DNA of 64,000 nt from Synechococcus sp. (GTDB taxonomy: Bacteria > Cyanobacteriota > Cyanobacteriia > PCC-6307 > Cyanobiaceae), in contig JBJBDL010000003.1 in the NCBI GenBank assembly GCA_047285305.1, forward strand, positions 832,001 through 896,000, in the 5' to 3' direction. The notes below the pieces were generated by a model. The model was not told where the DNA came from. It searched no databases and saw only the letters and a program-made list of their open reading frames with translations. The position numbers were made by a program, and so were the translations under genes. Below, piece after piece: positions 26,784 to 35,431 of this stretch. How positions within the stretch are numbered: position 1 is the first letter of the stretch; each line of letters opens with the position of its first letter.

Positions 26784-27137
26784 ATGCCCCAGCGCCCCGG
26801 AGCTTTTGCCGCCCAGTTCTCTCCAGAGACGCTGCAGCGTTTCAAGGCCCTTTGTCGACAGCAAGACAAGGCCTACTCCAAGGTGTTGGAGCGTCTTGCG
26901 TTGTTGTATGTCGAAACGGATGGAGGCATTTTTTCCCCGGCCAGCACGGCTTCCGCTCCGTCAAAAGGCGTGCAAAAAAGGCAAGTCCAGGTTGAATCTC
27001 TGCAGAACAAGCTGTTGGAGGATCTGTTGAAGCGGGTTGAAATCCTTGAGAAGAAGGAAACAAAAACGTTGTACGAGCTTGATCGGGTCTACAAGGAAAT
27101 TGCTTTTCTGAAATCAGGCTTGCAAAGCCCTGAGTGA
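26784..27137 (+). CDS. hypothetical protein, possible ribbon-helix-helix N-terminus plus coiled coil
   Basis: 117 aa from ATG 26784: AFAAQFSPETLQRFKALCRQQDKAYSKVLERLALLYV, then a linker and a heptad-rich helix. Confidence 0.65.
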   Translation: MPQRPGAFAAQFSPETLQRFKALCRQQDKAYSKVLERLALLYVETDGGIFSPASTASAPSKGVQKRQVQVESLQNKLLEDLLKRVEILEKKETKTLYELDRVYKEIAFLKSGLQSPE

Positions 27138-27189
27138 TGTTTCTGACGTCTCACGACTTAAGTTCAAGGCCGCTACGGCTTTAACTCAT

Positions 27190-27378
27190 TCAGGCCGCTT
27201 GAAGAACTCTTGGTTTGTTGATCTTGAAATACCGCCTCAGGTTTGCCTCAGCTTTCTGGATTCGTGCTCTATGTGCTTCTTTGAGTTTCTTCTGGCGCGC
27301 GAAATTGATCGGAACAGAGAGGCAAGTTGATGGGGAGCAATTCAACCATCGGGTTGAAGCTGCCTGCAAAGAATGCAT
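27190..27378 (-). CDS. small basic hypothetical protein
   Basis: 62-aa ORF with a Lys/Arg-rich helix ending RVLQAA; fills the gap downstream of secG. Start uncertain. Confidence 0.4.
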   Translation of the reverse strand: MHSLQAASTRWLNCSPSTCLSVPINFARQKKLKEAHRARIQKAEANLRRYFKINKPRVLQAA

Positions 27379-27408
27379 GCTGAAAATTGAGTTTGTGAGC
27401 GGGTTGGT

Positions 27409-27639
27409 TTAGTTCAACCAGCCGGCACTCAGGATCACAGCCAAGGACAAAAACAACGCCAGGCATGTCCATGTCAGACGGTTCAACGTTGCTTCTGCGC
27501 TGCTGGCGCTGCTGAACATGGAGCTGCCGCTTGCTGCCAAGCCACCCATGCCATCACCTTTGGGGCTATGCAGCAGAACCAAGACGATCAACAGAAGGCC
27601 GGTGCCGATCCAGCTCCAGGACAAAATTGAGATGAGCAT
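27409..27639 (-). CDS. secG: preprotein translocase subunit SecG
   Basis: LVLLHSPKGDGMGG...AEATLNRLTW. Confidence 0.95.
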   Translation of the reverse strand: MLISILSWSWIGTGLLLIVLVLLHSPKGDGMGGLAASGSSMFSSASSAEATLNRLTWTCLALFLSLAVILSAGWLN

Positions 27640-29276
27640 CAAACTGAAAGAGGAAGGCGAGCGGTCTTGGGGGTGGGGTCCATGTTGGACATGGGTGCAA
27701 TCAGGCTTTGGCCAGTCATGGCCGCCGGTTGCGGAAGGTCAAGAATTTGCAGCAACGTCGGAGCGATATCGGCCAGCCCCCCGTTATCGCGAAGTGTGAT
27801 TGCGTTGCCATGGCCAGGCAGTTTGCGCCGTTCTCCTTCGATCAGAATCGCAGGCACAGGATTGGTGGTGTGGGCTGTCCAGGCTTGGCCATCCGGACCT
27901 TGCATCAACTCGGCATTGCCGTGGTCAGCAGTGATCAGCATGGTTCCGCCCTGACGTCCTACCGCATCCAACAACCGGCCAATGCAGGCATCCACGGTTT
28001 GGATGGCTTCTTTGGCGGCCTCCATCACTCCGGTGTGCCCCACCATGTCGGGGTTGGCGTAGTTGATCACAATCAGCGAATAGTCCGTCTTCTCAATGGC
28101 TGAAATACAGCTGTCGGTAAGTTGCTCGGCCGACATTGCTGGTGAAAGGTCGTAGGTGGCGACCCTCGGCGATGGCACCAAGTGACGGTCCTCTCCCGCC
28201 AGTGGTTGTTCGATGCCACCGTTCATGAAGTACGTGACGTGGGGATACTTCTCCGTTTCGGCAGTGCGGTATTGCTTCAGCCCGGCGTCTGCCACCACTT
28301 GCCCCAACAGTTGGTCGAGTGGCTCGGGGGGGAAGGCTACTTGAACGGGAAGATCCTGTTCAACCTGTGTGAAGGTGACCACATCCAACTCCGGAGTGTG
28401 GCTGCGCTCGAAGCCCTTGAAATCGGGAAGGCAGAGCGCTTGCACGATCTGACGGGCGCGATCGGGTCGGAAGTTGAAGACCAGAATGCTGTCACCGTCT
28501 TTGATGACGCTGTTTTGAAGCCGTACCGGTTCGAGGAATTCATCGGTGATGTCCTCGGCATAACTGTCCGCCAACACCTGCTCTGCCATCCGGCTGTCGA
28601 CGGCGATGTTGGGATCGGTGTAGAGGTTGTAAGCCTTTTCGATCCGCTCCCAGCGCTGGTCCCGATCCATAGCCCAGTACCGGCCACAGAGGCTGGCGAG
28701 CTGACCGACGCCGCTTTGGCTCAGGGCCGCTTTCACCTGGCTGATGTATCCCGGTGCGCTTTGGGTGGGTGTGTCGCGACCATCGGTGATGGCATGCACC
28801 GCGACATCGGAGATGCCGCTGTCGGATGCCCACTGGATTAGTCCACAGAGATGGTCCACATGGCTGTGGACGCCCCCATCGGAGCAGAGGCCGAGCAGAT
28901 GCAAGGTGCCGCCCCGCCTTTGGGTGCGTTCCGCTAGTTCCTTGAGTGCTTGCGTGTCGCCAAGTTGGTTGCTGCGCACCGTGTCGGTGATTCGCACCAA
29001 CTCCTGGCGAATGATGCGGCCGGCTCCAATTGTGAGGTGGCCCACCTCAGAGTTACCCATCTGTTGATCGGGGAGGCCCACATGCGAGCCACTGGCCTCA
29101 ATCAAGGTGTGTGGATAGGCATGCCACAGGGCATCCATCACAGGAGTCCCGCTTTGCTGAATCGCGTTGTGCTCGCTTGCGTTCCTATAACCCCAGCCAT
29201 CAAGAATGGCGAGAACGACCGGTGCCACTGTCCCGGAGCGTCCTGAACCGTTGGTAGTGCTTTTCCCCACGTTCAC
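27639..29276 (-). CDS. gpmI: 2,3-BPG-independent phosphoglycerate mutase
   Basis: [42 protein letters not shown]. Confidence 0.97.
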   Translation of the reverse strand: MNVGKSTTNGSGRSGTVAPVVLAILDGWGYRNASEHNAIQQSGTPVMDALWHAYPHTLIEASGSHVGLPDQQMGNSEVGHLTIGAGRIIRQELVRITDTVRSNQLGDTQALKELAERTQRRGGTLHLLGLCSDGGVHSHVDHLCGLIQWASDSGISDVAVHAITDGRDTPTQSAPGYISQVKAALSQSGVGQLASLCGRYWAMDRDQRWERIEKAYNLYTDPNIAVDSRMAEQVLADSYAEDITDEFLEPVRLQNSVIKDGDSILVFNFRPDRARQIVQALCLPDFKGFERSHTPELDVVTFTQVEQDLPVQVAFPPEPLDQLLGQVVADAGLKQYRTAETEKYPHVTYFMNGGIEQPLAGEDRHLVPSPRVATYDLSPAMSAEQLTDSCISAIEKTDYSLIVINYANPDMVGHTGVMEAAKEAIQTVDACIGRLLDAVGRQGGTMLITADHGNAELMQGPDGQAWTAHTTNPVPAILIEGERRKLPGHGNAITLRDNGGLADIAPTLLQILDLPQPAAMTGQSLIAPMSNMDPTPKTARLPLSV

Positions 29277-29383
29277 CCGTGCCCGACGGTTCTTAAGGAC
29301 TCTTGCAGAATCAACTTAACGCCACGCCAGCCCTCAAGCTTCAGTTTCAGCCAATTCCCACACCCCGCAGCTCTCAATTCTCC

Positions 29384-29935
29384 ATGGCCGACCCTGAACG
29401 GATCGAAATTCTCTCGGAGCGCGAGCTTGGTCTAACGCTGTCGCGTTTGGCGTCACAGGTGTTGGAGAGCGCCGAAGACAGCCGTCGATTGATGCTGTTG
29501 GGGATCCCCACCCGCGGCGTTCAGTTGTCCAAGGTTTTGGCACGGGAATTGGAGCGGTTGACAGGCCACGCCATCTTCCAGGGGGGCATTGATCCCACGT
29601 TCCATCGCGATGATCTGGAGCGCATCGGCACCCGTCTGCCCCAGCTCACGACTCTCCCCACCAGCATTGAGGAACGTCAAGTGGTTCTGGTGGACGATGT
29701 GATCTTCACGGGGCGGACGGTGCGTGCCGCGCTGGAGGCCATGCAGAGCTGGGGGCGGCCGCAGAGGGTGATGCTGCTGGCCATGGTGGATCGAGGCCAT
29801 CGTGAGCTTCCTATTCAGCCTGATTTCTGTGGCCGCGTAGTGCCTACCCGACGCAGCGAAACCATCGAGCTCCGCCTCAGGGATGTTGACGGTGAGGAGG
29901 GAGTGTTCCTCAGCCGACTCAGCCGGCAGGCTTGA
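29384..29935 (+). CDS. pyrR: PyrR bifunctional regulator/uracil phosphoribosyltransferase
   Basis: LGIPTRG, VLVDDVIFTGRTVRAA, DRGHRELPIQPDF. Confidence 0.94.
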   Translation: MADPERIEILSERELGLTLSRLASQVLESAEDSRRLMLLGIPTRGVQLSKVLARELERLTGHAIFQGGIDPTFHRDDLERIGTRLPQLTTLPTSIEERQVVLVDDVIFTGRTVRAALEAMQSWGRPQRVMLLAMVDRGHRELPIQPDFCGRVVPTRRSETIELRLRDVDGEEGVFLSRLSRQA

Positions 29936-30140
29936 GTTCGTCGGCGCGGAAATGGGCCTTGTAGCGGCCGAAGGCAACGATCACAGGAAGCGTTGGGCTG
30001 ATCACCCGACCCTTCCAATCATTGAGAACGTTCGCCACCTCTCCAGTCTGCCCTTTCATGTCAAAGGCTTGACCCCGGTGTTCGGGATGGTTGAACACAA
30101 CGACGGATGCCTCCACCGTCACCCTGTCGCCCGCCTGCAT
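29919..30140 (-). CDS. ftrV: ferredoxin-thioredoxin reductase variable subunit
   Basis: MQAGDRVTV...VFNHPEHRGQAFDMKG...WKGRVISPTLP...AHFRADEL. Confidence 0.92.
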   Translation of the reverse strand: MQAGDRVTVEASVVVFNHPEHRGQAFDMKGQTGEVANVLNDWKGRVISPTLPVIVAFGRYKAHFRADELKPAG

Positions 30141-30170
30141 TGCACCTGAGTCATCCACGAGCTCATCTTG

Positions 30171-31016
30171 TCACGGGCTCGGGGACGAGCGTCGACAGAA
30201 ACTTTCCGGTCCGTCTTCTTCGACGCGACCGCCAAGGTCTCTGCAGCCCATCGAAAATGCCGTCCAGGGGTCCAGACCTTGGCGCAACTGATCCTCAACG
30301 GCGGCATCCAGCCTCTTACCGCTGATGACGTCGGCATTCACCGCTGGGTGCTGTTGGTGTTGCTGGGCCTCATCGAGGGCCTGAATGGCACTCTCCACCT
30401 CTTGACGTGTGGCACTTGCCTGCTGCTGCCACCAAGGATGGTCGAGTTTGTTGAGGCTGTCCAAGGCCTCCCACCAGCGTTCTTGCTCTACCAGTTGAAC
30501 CAGCCGACGCTGTTCCAATTGGTTGCGGTTCCAGATCTCCATCAGCGTTGCACTGAGTTGGCTGATGGAGCTGCGCGCGCCGCCTTTGAGGGGATCCAGC
30601 AATTCGAGTGCCTGCTTCAGGTCTCCCTTACGAAACAGAGCAATCGCCTGATCCATCAGGGCCTTGCGCCAGCGTTCGAGGGTCTTGCGATGGAGGGCAC
30701 GGTCGCCATGGCCCGAGGCGACCAGTTGCTGCTGCAGCGTGAGGGCAGCGATCGAATCGCCTTGGTCCCAAAGATGTTCGGCGTGCTTCTGGCGGCAGAG
30801 GGCCTGCTCTTCCGGTGCGCCCTCCCCCAACCAGCGCAGGGATGCGAGTTGCTCACTAGTGCGGATGCAGGCCTCGTAGTCGTTTGCATCGAGGGCGCTC
30901 TGCAGCCGCTCCGGCAGTTGTTGTTCCCACCAATAGGCACCTGTCGCAATCGCCAGTACCAGTCCCAGGGTCCCAACACTCCAGAGCCGTAGCAGCAGTT
31001 GACGCGGTGCCGCCAC
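30171..31016 (-). CDS. hypothetical membrane-anchored helical-repeat protein
   Basis: N-terminal TM segment followed by TPR-like helices. Confidence 0.7.
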   Translation of the reverse strand: MAAPRQLLLRLWSVGTLGLVLAIATGAYWWEQQLPERLQSALDANDYEACIRTSEQLASLRWLGEGAPEEQALCRQKHAEHLWDQGDSIAALTLQQQLVASGHGDRALHRKTLERWRKALMDQAIALFRKGDLKQALELLDPLKGGARSSISQLSATLMEIWNRNQLEQRRLVQLVEQERWWEALDSLNKLDHPWWQQQASATRQEVESAIQALDEAQQHQQHPAVNADVISGKRLDAAVEDQLRQGLDPWTAFSMGCRDLGGRVEEDGPESFCRRSSPSP

Positions 31017-31103
31017 GAAGGGTGGAGCTGAACGTTGGTTCTGTTCTATGGAGTGACGGCTCCCGTTCCAAGGGCCTGTGGACGGACGTCTTATCGGATG
31101 GTC

Positions 31104-32678
31104 TTATCGGACAGTCCCCAGCGTTGGCTGGGACCACGTCCGACCTGAACGCAGATCGTTGATCTCCAGCTGAAGCTGCGCTTCTTGATCAATGCTCCAG
31201 CGCAGCCGCAGGCAGTCTTCGCCCTGCTCTCCGGCGGGTTCCAGAGGCAGCACCAGCTCGATGCCGGGCCAAGGCTGGTGGGAGACCTCCCCGGCGGTCT
31301 GCTCTTGCAGGGTCGGCAAACCATCGATGAAGACCACGCTGTGGCTCCCCTGGGGGATGGGCTCCCCCAGCACCAGCTCCAAGCTGCGTTGGCCTGTCCG
31401 GCTAGCGGCCAGCACGAGCTCCAGGGGGGCTGCGCTCGGCCAGGGTTGACCGGCGACGAAGAGGGGATGCCAGCGGTGGCTGTTGCTGCGCTGATCCCAG
31501 AAACGGAGGGAAACGCCTTGTTGCAGCACATCCCGAATGGCGACCCCTGGCGTGAGTTGAAGCGCACCCAGGGCCACGGCCTCCACCGGTGGCGGTGTGA
31601 GCAAGGGCGCTGGCGCCGTGTGCTCGGAGAGCCACTGGCGCAGGAGGGGCAGCTGGGCACCGCCTCCCACAGCCACCACGCCCTCCAGATCTTCAAGGCC
31701 GCAGTTGTTGCGGCGACCGCCGGCGAGACAGGTCTCCAGCAATTGTTCGAGGGCGTCTCCGAAGCCGCGCTCCAGAAGAAGCGCGTTGAGTTCGCTGCGC
31801 GACAGGCGTAGCACATGCTCCTGCTCATCCACCGCCAACTCCATCAGGGGCTCGCGTTCGGCCAAGGCGGTGTCGCTCAGCCGGCATTTGAGCCGTTCGG
31901 CGGCATTGAGCAGGGGGGTGCTGGCGGGTTGACCCGGGCAACATCGGTCCACAATCCATCGATCGATGTCACGGCCCCCGAGGCGCAGCCCCGCCTTGCC
32001 CAGAACCTTTGCTGTGCGCAGCATCTGGCGGCTGTTGTTCCCCAGGCTGCGCCCCCCCAGCCGCAGCAATTGGGCGATCGGTGCGGCACGACCTTCCCCT
32101 CCTTCCAGAGCCACCAGGGCCAGATCCAGGGTGCTTCCGCCCAGGTCCACCACCAGCAGAGTGGAACCAGCGGGAAGCCCTGCACCCATGGCGGCTGCTG
32201 TGGGTTCATCCACCAGGGCGATCTCGGCTACCGGCAGCGTGGTGCAGGCTTGCAGCAACCAGCTGCGATACGCCCGATAGCACTCCACCGGGGCGGTCAG
32301 CACCAGCCGCTCCACCGGGAGATCGCTGGGGAGCCGGCTCCAGATCTGTTGCAGCAGCTGCTCTCCAGCCCAGCGGGCTGTTTCCTGCTCTGGGGCATCC
32401 GCTTGCCCGATGCGGCCTTTGAAGTCGCGATGCAGACGGCTGTCCACGGAGTCATTGAGGCCTGACTCGAGCACCTGCCGACCAATCAGGGGACGTTGGG
32501 ATGCATCCCACACCAGGCTGGGAATTTCACCGGCCCGGCTGCAGATGGCGGGCAGGTTCAGCAGATCCGCAGTTGTGGAGGTCGCTCCCTGATAGGCCAC
32601 CACCGTGGTGGTGCTGCCTAAATCGATGGCGAGTGTTCCGCCCCGTTGGTCTGAATTCTGAAGCTTTTCTTCGCCCAC
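31104..32678 (-). CDS. Hsp70-family (DnaK-like) ATPase with reduced substrate-binding domain
   Basis: AIDLGSTTT, DEPTAAA, VVDLGGSTLDL, GGRDID, VGGGAQLP. Confidence 0.88.
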   Translation of the reverse strand: MGEEKLQNSDQRGGTLAIDLGSTTTVVAYQGATSTTADLLNLPAICSRAGEIPSLVWDASQRPLIGRQVLESGLNDSVDSRLHRDFKGRIGQADAPEQETARWAGEQLLQQIWSRLPSDLPVERLVLTAPVECYRAYRSWLLQACTTLPVAEIALVDEPTAAAMGAGLPAGSTLLVVDLGGSTLDLALVALEGGEGRAAPIAQLLRLGGRSLGNNSRQMLRTAKVLGKAGLRLGGRDIDRWIVDRCCPGQPASTPLLNAAERLKCRLSDTALAEREPLMELAVDEQEHVLRLSRSELNALLLERGFGDALEQLLETCLAGGRRNNCGLEDLEGVVAVGGGAQLPLLRQWLSEHTAPAPLLTPPPVEAVALGALQLTPGVAIRDVLQQGVSLRFWDQRSNSHRWHPLFVAGQPWPSAAPLELVLAASRTGQRSLELVLGEPIPQGSHSVVFIDGLPTLQEQTAGEVSHQPWPGIELVLPLEPAGEQGEDCLRLRWSIDQEAQLQLEINDLRSGRTWSQPTLGTVR

Positions 32679-32740
32679 GCGATCTCTGACCGTGCTCAGG
32701 GCACGGTGAAGTCAGGATGAGACTAGGGGGACTGGCGGTG

Positions 32741-33025
32741 ATGGATCGATTGCAACAGCTGATCTTCTCCTTTTACCGGGAAGATCCTGAACTGCAGGAC
32801 AGGCTGAAGCCGCTGCGGAGCTGTCGCATGCGTCGCAGCTGGGGCAGTATCCGCATCGAGTGCATCGACGATGCGCATCTCGAGGAATTGAGCGGTTTGG
32901 TCGCTGATCTGCGCTTGCCCCTGGCGGCCTTGGGGATGGGGCGCCAGATCGTGTTGCGGGTTCCAGGCTCACGTCAGCGGGCTTACCCCATGCACGTTCC
33001 CTTTCACACCGATCAGCTTGCCTGA
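32741..33025 (+). CDS. hypothetical protein
   Basis: 94-aa ORF MDRLQQLIFSFYREDP... directly upstream of rpoZ. Confidence 0.65.
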   Translation: MDRLQQLIFSFYREDPELQDRLKPLRSCRMRRSWGSIRIECIDDAHLEELSGLVADLRLPLAALGMGRQIVLRVPGSRQRAYPMHVPFHTDQLA

Positions 33026-33067
33026 GACGGTCACCAATTAATCTGAACCTGTTTGATCAAGAAGCCT

Positions 33068-33295
33068 GTGATTTCGGCCGGAGTGGATTCCAAGGATCTC
33101 GCCAAGCGTGGCGAAAGCTTGATTCGTCAATCAAGCAACCGTTATCTGACGACGGTGCGGATCGCCTTCCGGGCCAAGCAGCGCCGCTTCGACGACTTTG
33201 ACGGTCTGCTTGAGGAGTCCAGCGTCAAGCCGGTGCAAAGGGCCATCGTGGAATTGAGCGACGAGCAAGACCAGCCCGATCTGCTGCCTGGTTGA
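33068..33295 (+). CDS. rpoZ: RNA polymerase omega subunit (Ycf61)
   Basis: [18 protein letters not shown]...[13 protein letters not shown]. Confidence 0.9.
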   Translation: MISAGVDSKDLAKRGESLIRQSSNRYLTTVRIAFRAKQRRFDDFDGLLEESSVKPVQRAIVELSDEQDQPDLLPG

Positions 33296-33305
33296 TCCAT
33301 CGGCT

Positions 33306-33677
33306 GTGATTCAGCAGGAGGGGGACGGATGGCGGGTGTCGCACGATCCCTCCCGCGGCGAATATTGCGTTCTTGTGGGGGGAGAACGCTGGGCGTTTGA
33401 GTTGACCGAGCCGGAGTGGCGGGATCTGGTGGATCTCGTGGTGACCCTTGAACAGCAGCACAGGGGTCTGGTTGACCAACTGATGCCAGAGGAGTCGATC
33501 GAGCTGGAGCTGGATCGAGGCGTGTGGTGGGGATGCTTGAGCGGTGATCGCAACCTATGGGAGTTGCGCATCCTGCTCACCCCGCTTAAGGGACGTGCGG
33601 CGCAGGGAGAGTGGCCTGCCCCAGCGGCGGCGGCGGCCGTTGCGGCCTTGAGAACGTTGTGGGACTCGCAGCATTGA
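33306..33677 (+). CDS. DUF1818-family protein
   Basis: EGDGWRVSHDP...LVGGERWAFELTEPEW...LMPEESIELE. Confidence 0.75.
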   Translation: MIQQEGDGWRVSHDPSRGEYCVLVGGERWAFELTEPEWRDLVDLVVTLEQQHRGLVDQLMPEESIELELDRGVWWGCLSGDRNLWELRILLTPLKGRAAQGEWPAPAAAAAVAALRTLWDSQH

Positions 33678-33990
33678 TTAATCCAGCTAATCGTTTTTGA
33701 GTCATTGATTTCCCCCGTCCTTTCCCTGCTGCTCTGCACAGTTTTTCCACAGGCCATGGGCCGTTAATGCCGCCCTGGCGGGTTTCTGTGGAAATCCCCC
33801 GTTTGTCGTTGTTTTTGCTTGACGATGGCGGCGGGCTGCGCAGTTCCGTCTAGGCCGGCGCTTCGACCAGTGCAGGAGTAGCTTTCTGGCAGGGATCTCA
33901 CTTGGAGATTCGTGAGAATGGCTCCGTGTTGGAGGTTCTTGACGGCGGCGCCGTGGTGTGGAGAACTAGTGTTCGTTTCGAAGAAAAAAG

Positions 33991-34236
33991 ATGCCGGAAG
34001 GCCTTGAGCAAGCCGCGGCTGAGACCAGTGTTGTGAGTTTCCAATCGGAAGTGCCACAGCCTCTCCAGCAGGCCATGAACCAGTTCATCGAAGGACATCC
34101 GAACTGGGATCAATACCGTTTGGTTCAGGCGGCGCTTGCCGGCTTCTTGGTTCAGAACGGTCAGGCATCGCGTGAGATCACTCGGGTTTACGTCGGCAAC
34201 ATGTTTCGCCGAGAATCGCTGATCAATGGGGTCTGA
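33991..34236 (+). CDS. DUF2811-family protein
   Basis: EVPQPLQQAMNQFIEGHPNWDQYRLVQAALAGFLVQNG. Confidence 0.75.
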   Translation: MPEGLEQAAAETSVVSFQSEVPQPLQQAMNQFIEGHPNWDQYRLVQAALAGFLVQNGQASREITRVYVGNMFRRESLINGV

Positions 34237-34925
34237 GGCCGGCAGCAGGCCATCAGCACCAGGGCGCTGAAGGGGAGGCTGAGCAGCAGCCCCAGGGTGG
34301 CCCCGATCAGCCCCAGAAGATTGAGGCCGAGCAGCATTCCCATCAGCGCCAGCACCTTGAGCCCATTGCGGTGCACCAGCTGTCGGCTGTGGTCCATCGC
34401 CTGAAGCGCTCGGCAGCGCTCGTGCACGAGCAGGGGCAGGGCAAGGGTTTGGCTGAACAGCCAGCTCAGCAGTACCACTCCCCCCAGCAGCACGCTGAGG
34501 CCTGCCAAAGCCGTGCTCCAGCGTCCGAGCGCCCAGCTCAACGATTGAATCAATCCGACTCCACCCAGCACCAGCACCAGTTCAAGCAGCACCAGGGTGA
34601 AGGCCTGGTGCAGCAGCTGTCTCCAGCTCTGCGGTGGACGGTCGTCGCGTCGGTCGGGGAGCAAGCCATCCGTCAGTTGCAGCAGGCCCAGGAGAGGCAG
34701 CAGCGGAAGCACCAGGCTGATCAACACCGAGAGGTCCCCCAGCCGATTCAGCCATGGGGATTCCATCAGGCGCAGGTCGTGGCCGATCACTGCAGGGCCA
34801 CTGGCACTGATCAACACCAGTGCTGCCAAGCCAACACAGCGCCAGGGTCCCCGGCTGAAGCCAATCCAGGCCCGTGGCAGCAGCGTGACCAGTGGGATTT
34901 CAGTGGAGCTGGCCAAGCCGTGCAA
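34188..34925 (-). CDS. hypothetical integral membrane protein
   Basis: Several hydrophobic helices; ALQAMDHSRQLV. Start uncertain. Confidence 0.7.
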   Translation of the reverse strand: MHGLASSTEIPLVTLLPRAWIGFSRGPWRCVGLAALVLISASGPAVIGHDLRLMESPWLNRLGDLSVLISLVLPLLPLLGLLQLTDGLLPDRRDDRPPQSWRQLLHQAFTLVLLELVLVLGGVGLIQSLSWALGRWSTALAGLSVLLGGVVLLSWLFSQTLALPLLVHERCRALQAMDHSRQLVHRNGLKVLALMGMLLGLNLLGLIGATLGLLLSLPFSALVLMACCRPQTPLISDSRRNMLPT

Positions 34926-35361
34926 GGAGGTCGTTGGCGGTGTCGGTGGGGACCGGAAGGATCGAGAGCCTGTTGCCGCGTTTGATCACGGGCAGCTGCT
35001 CTTCGCTGTAATGCTCCCGCAGCTGGTCGAGGCTGAGCAGAGCGTCGAATTCGCCGAGGAATCGCAGGCGTGCGCAGTCCCAGCGTGGTTTTTCGGGGCT
35101 TGACTTGGGGTCGTAATACTTGGCCGTGGGATCAAACTGAGTGGGGTCCACCAGGCCGGTCTCCATCACCTCCATCAGCCCAATGATCCCGGGTGGTTTG
35201 CAATTGGAGTGATAAAAAAATGCCTGGTCGCCCACGTCCATGCTGCGCATGAAATTGCGGGCCTGGTAGTTGCGAATGCCGTCCCACAGCGTGGTGCCCT
35301 CGCGACGCAGATCATCGATCCCGTAGGCGTCGGGTTCGCTTTTCATCAACCAGAAGGCCAC
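34900..35361 (-). CDS. EVE domain protein
   Basis: FWLMKSEP, WDGIRNYQARNFMR, FFYHSNC, NRLSILPV. Confidence 0.93.
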   Translation of the reverse strand: MAFWLMKSEPDAYGIDDLRREGTTLWDGIRNYQARNFMRSMDVGDQAFFYHSNCKPPGIIGLMEVMETGLVDPTQFDPTAKYYDPKSSPEKPRWDCARLRFLGEFDALLSLDQLREHYSEEQLPVIKRGNRLSILPVPTDTANDLLARLGQLH

Positions 35362-35431
35362 GTCTCAAGGCTTGTTTCACACCATCATCGGACCGTTAGG
35401 CCCAGATGCATCCCATTGCGTTCGTTTGGTC

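Noticed and set aside
34900..35361. EVE domain gene as part of a modification-dependent defence system
   Set aside because: Stand-alone EVE protein among housekeeping genes with no nuclease or toxin partner visible.
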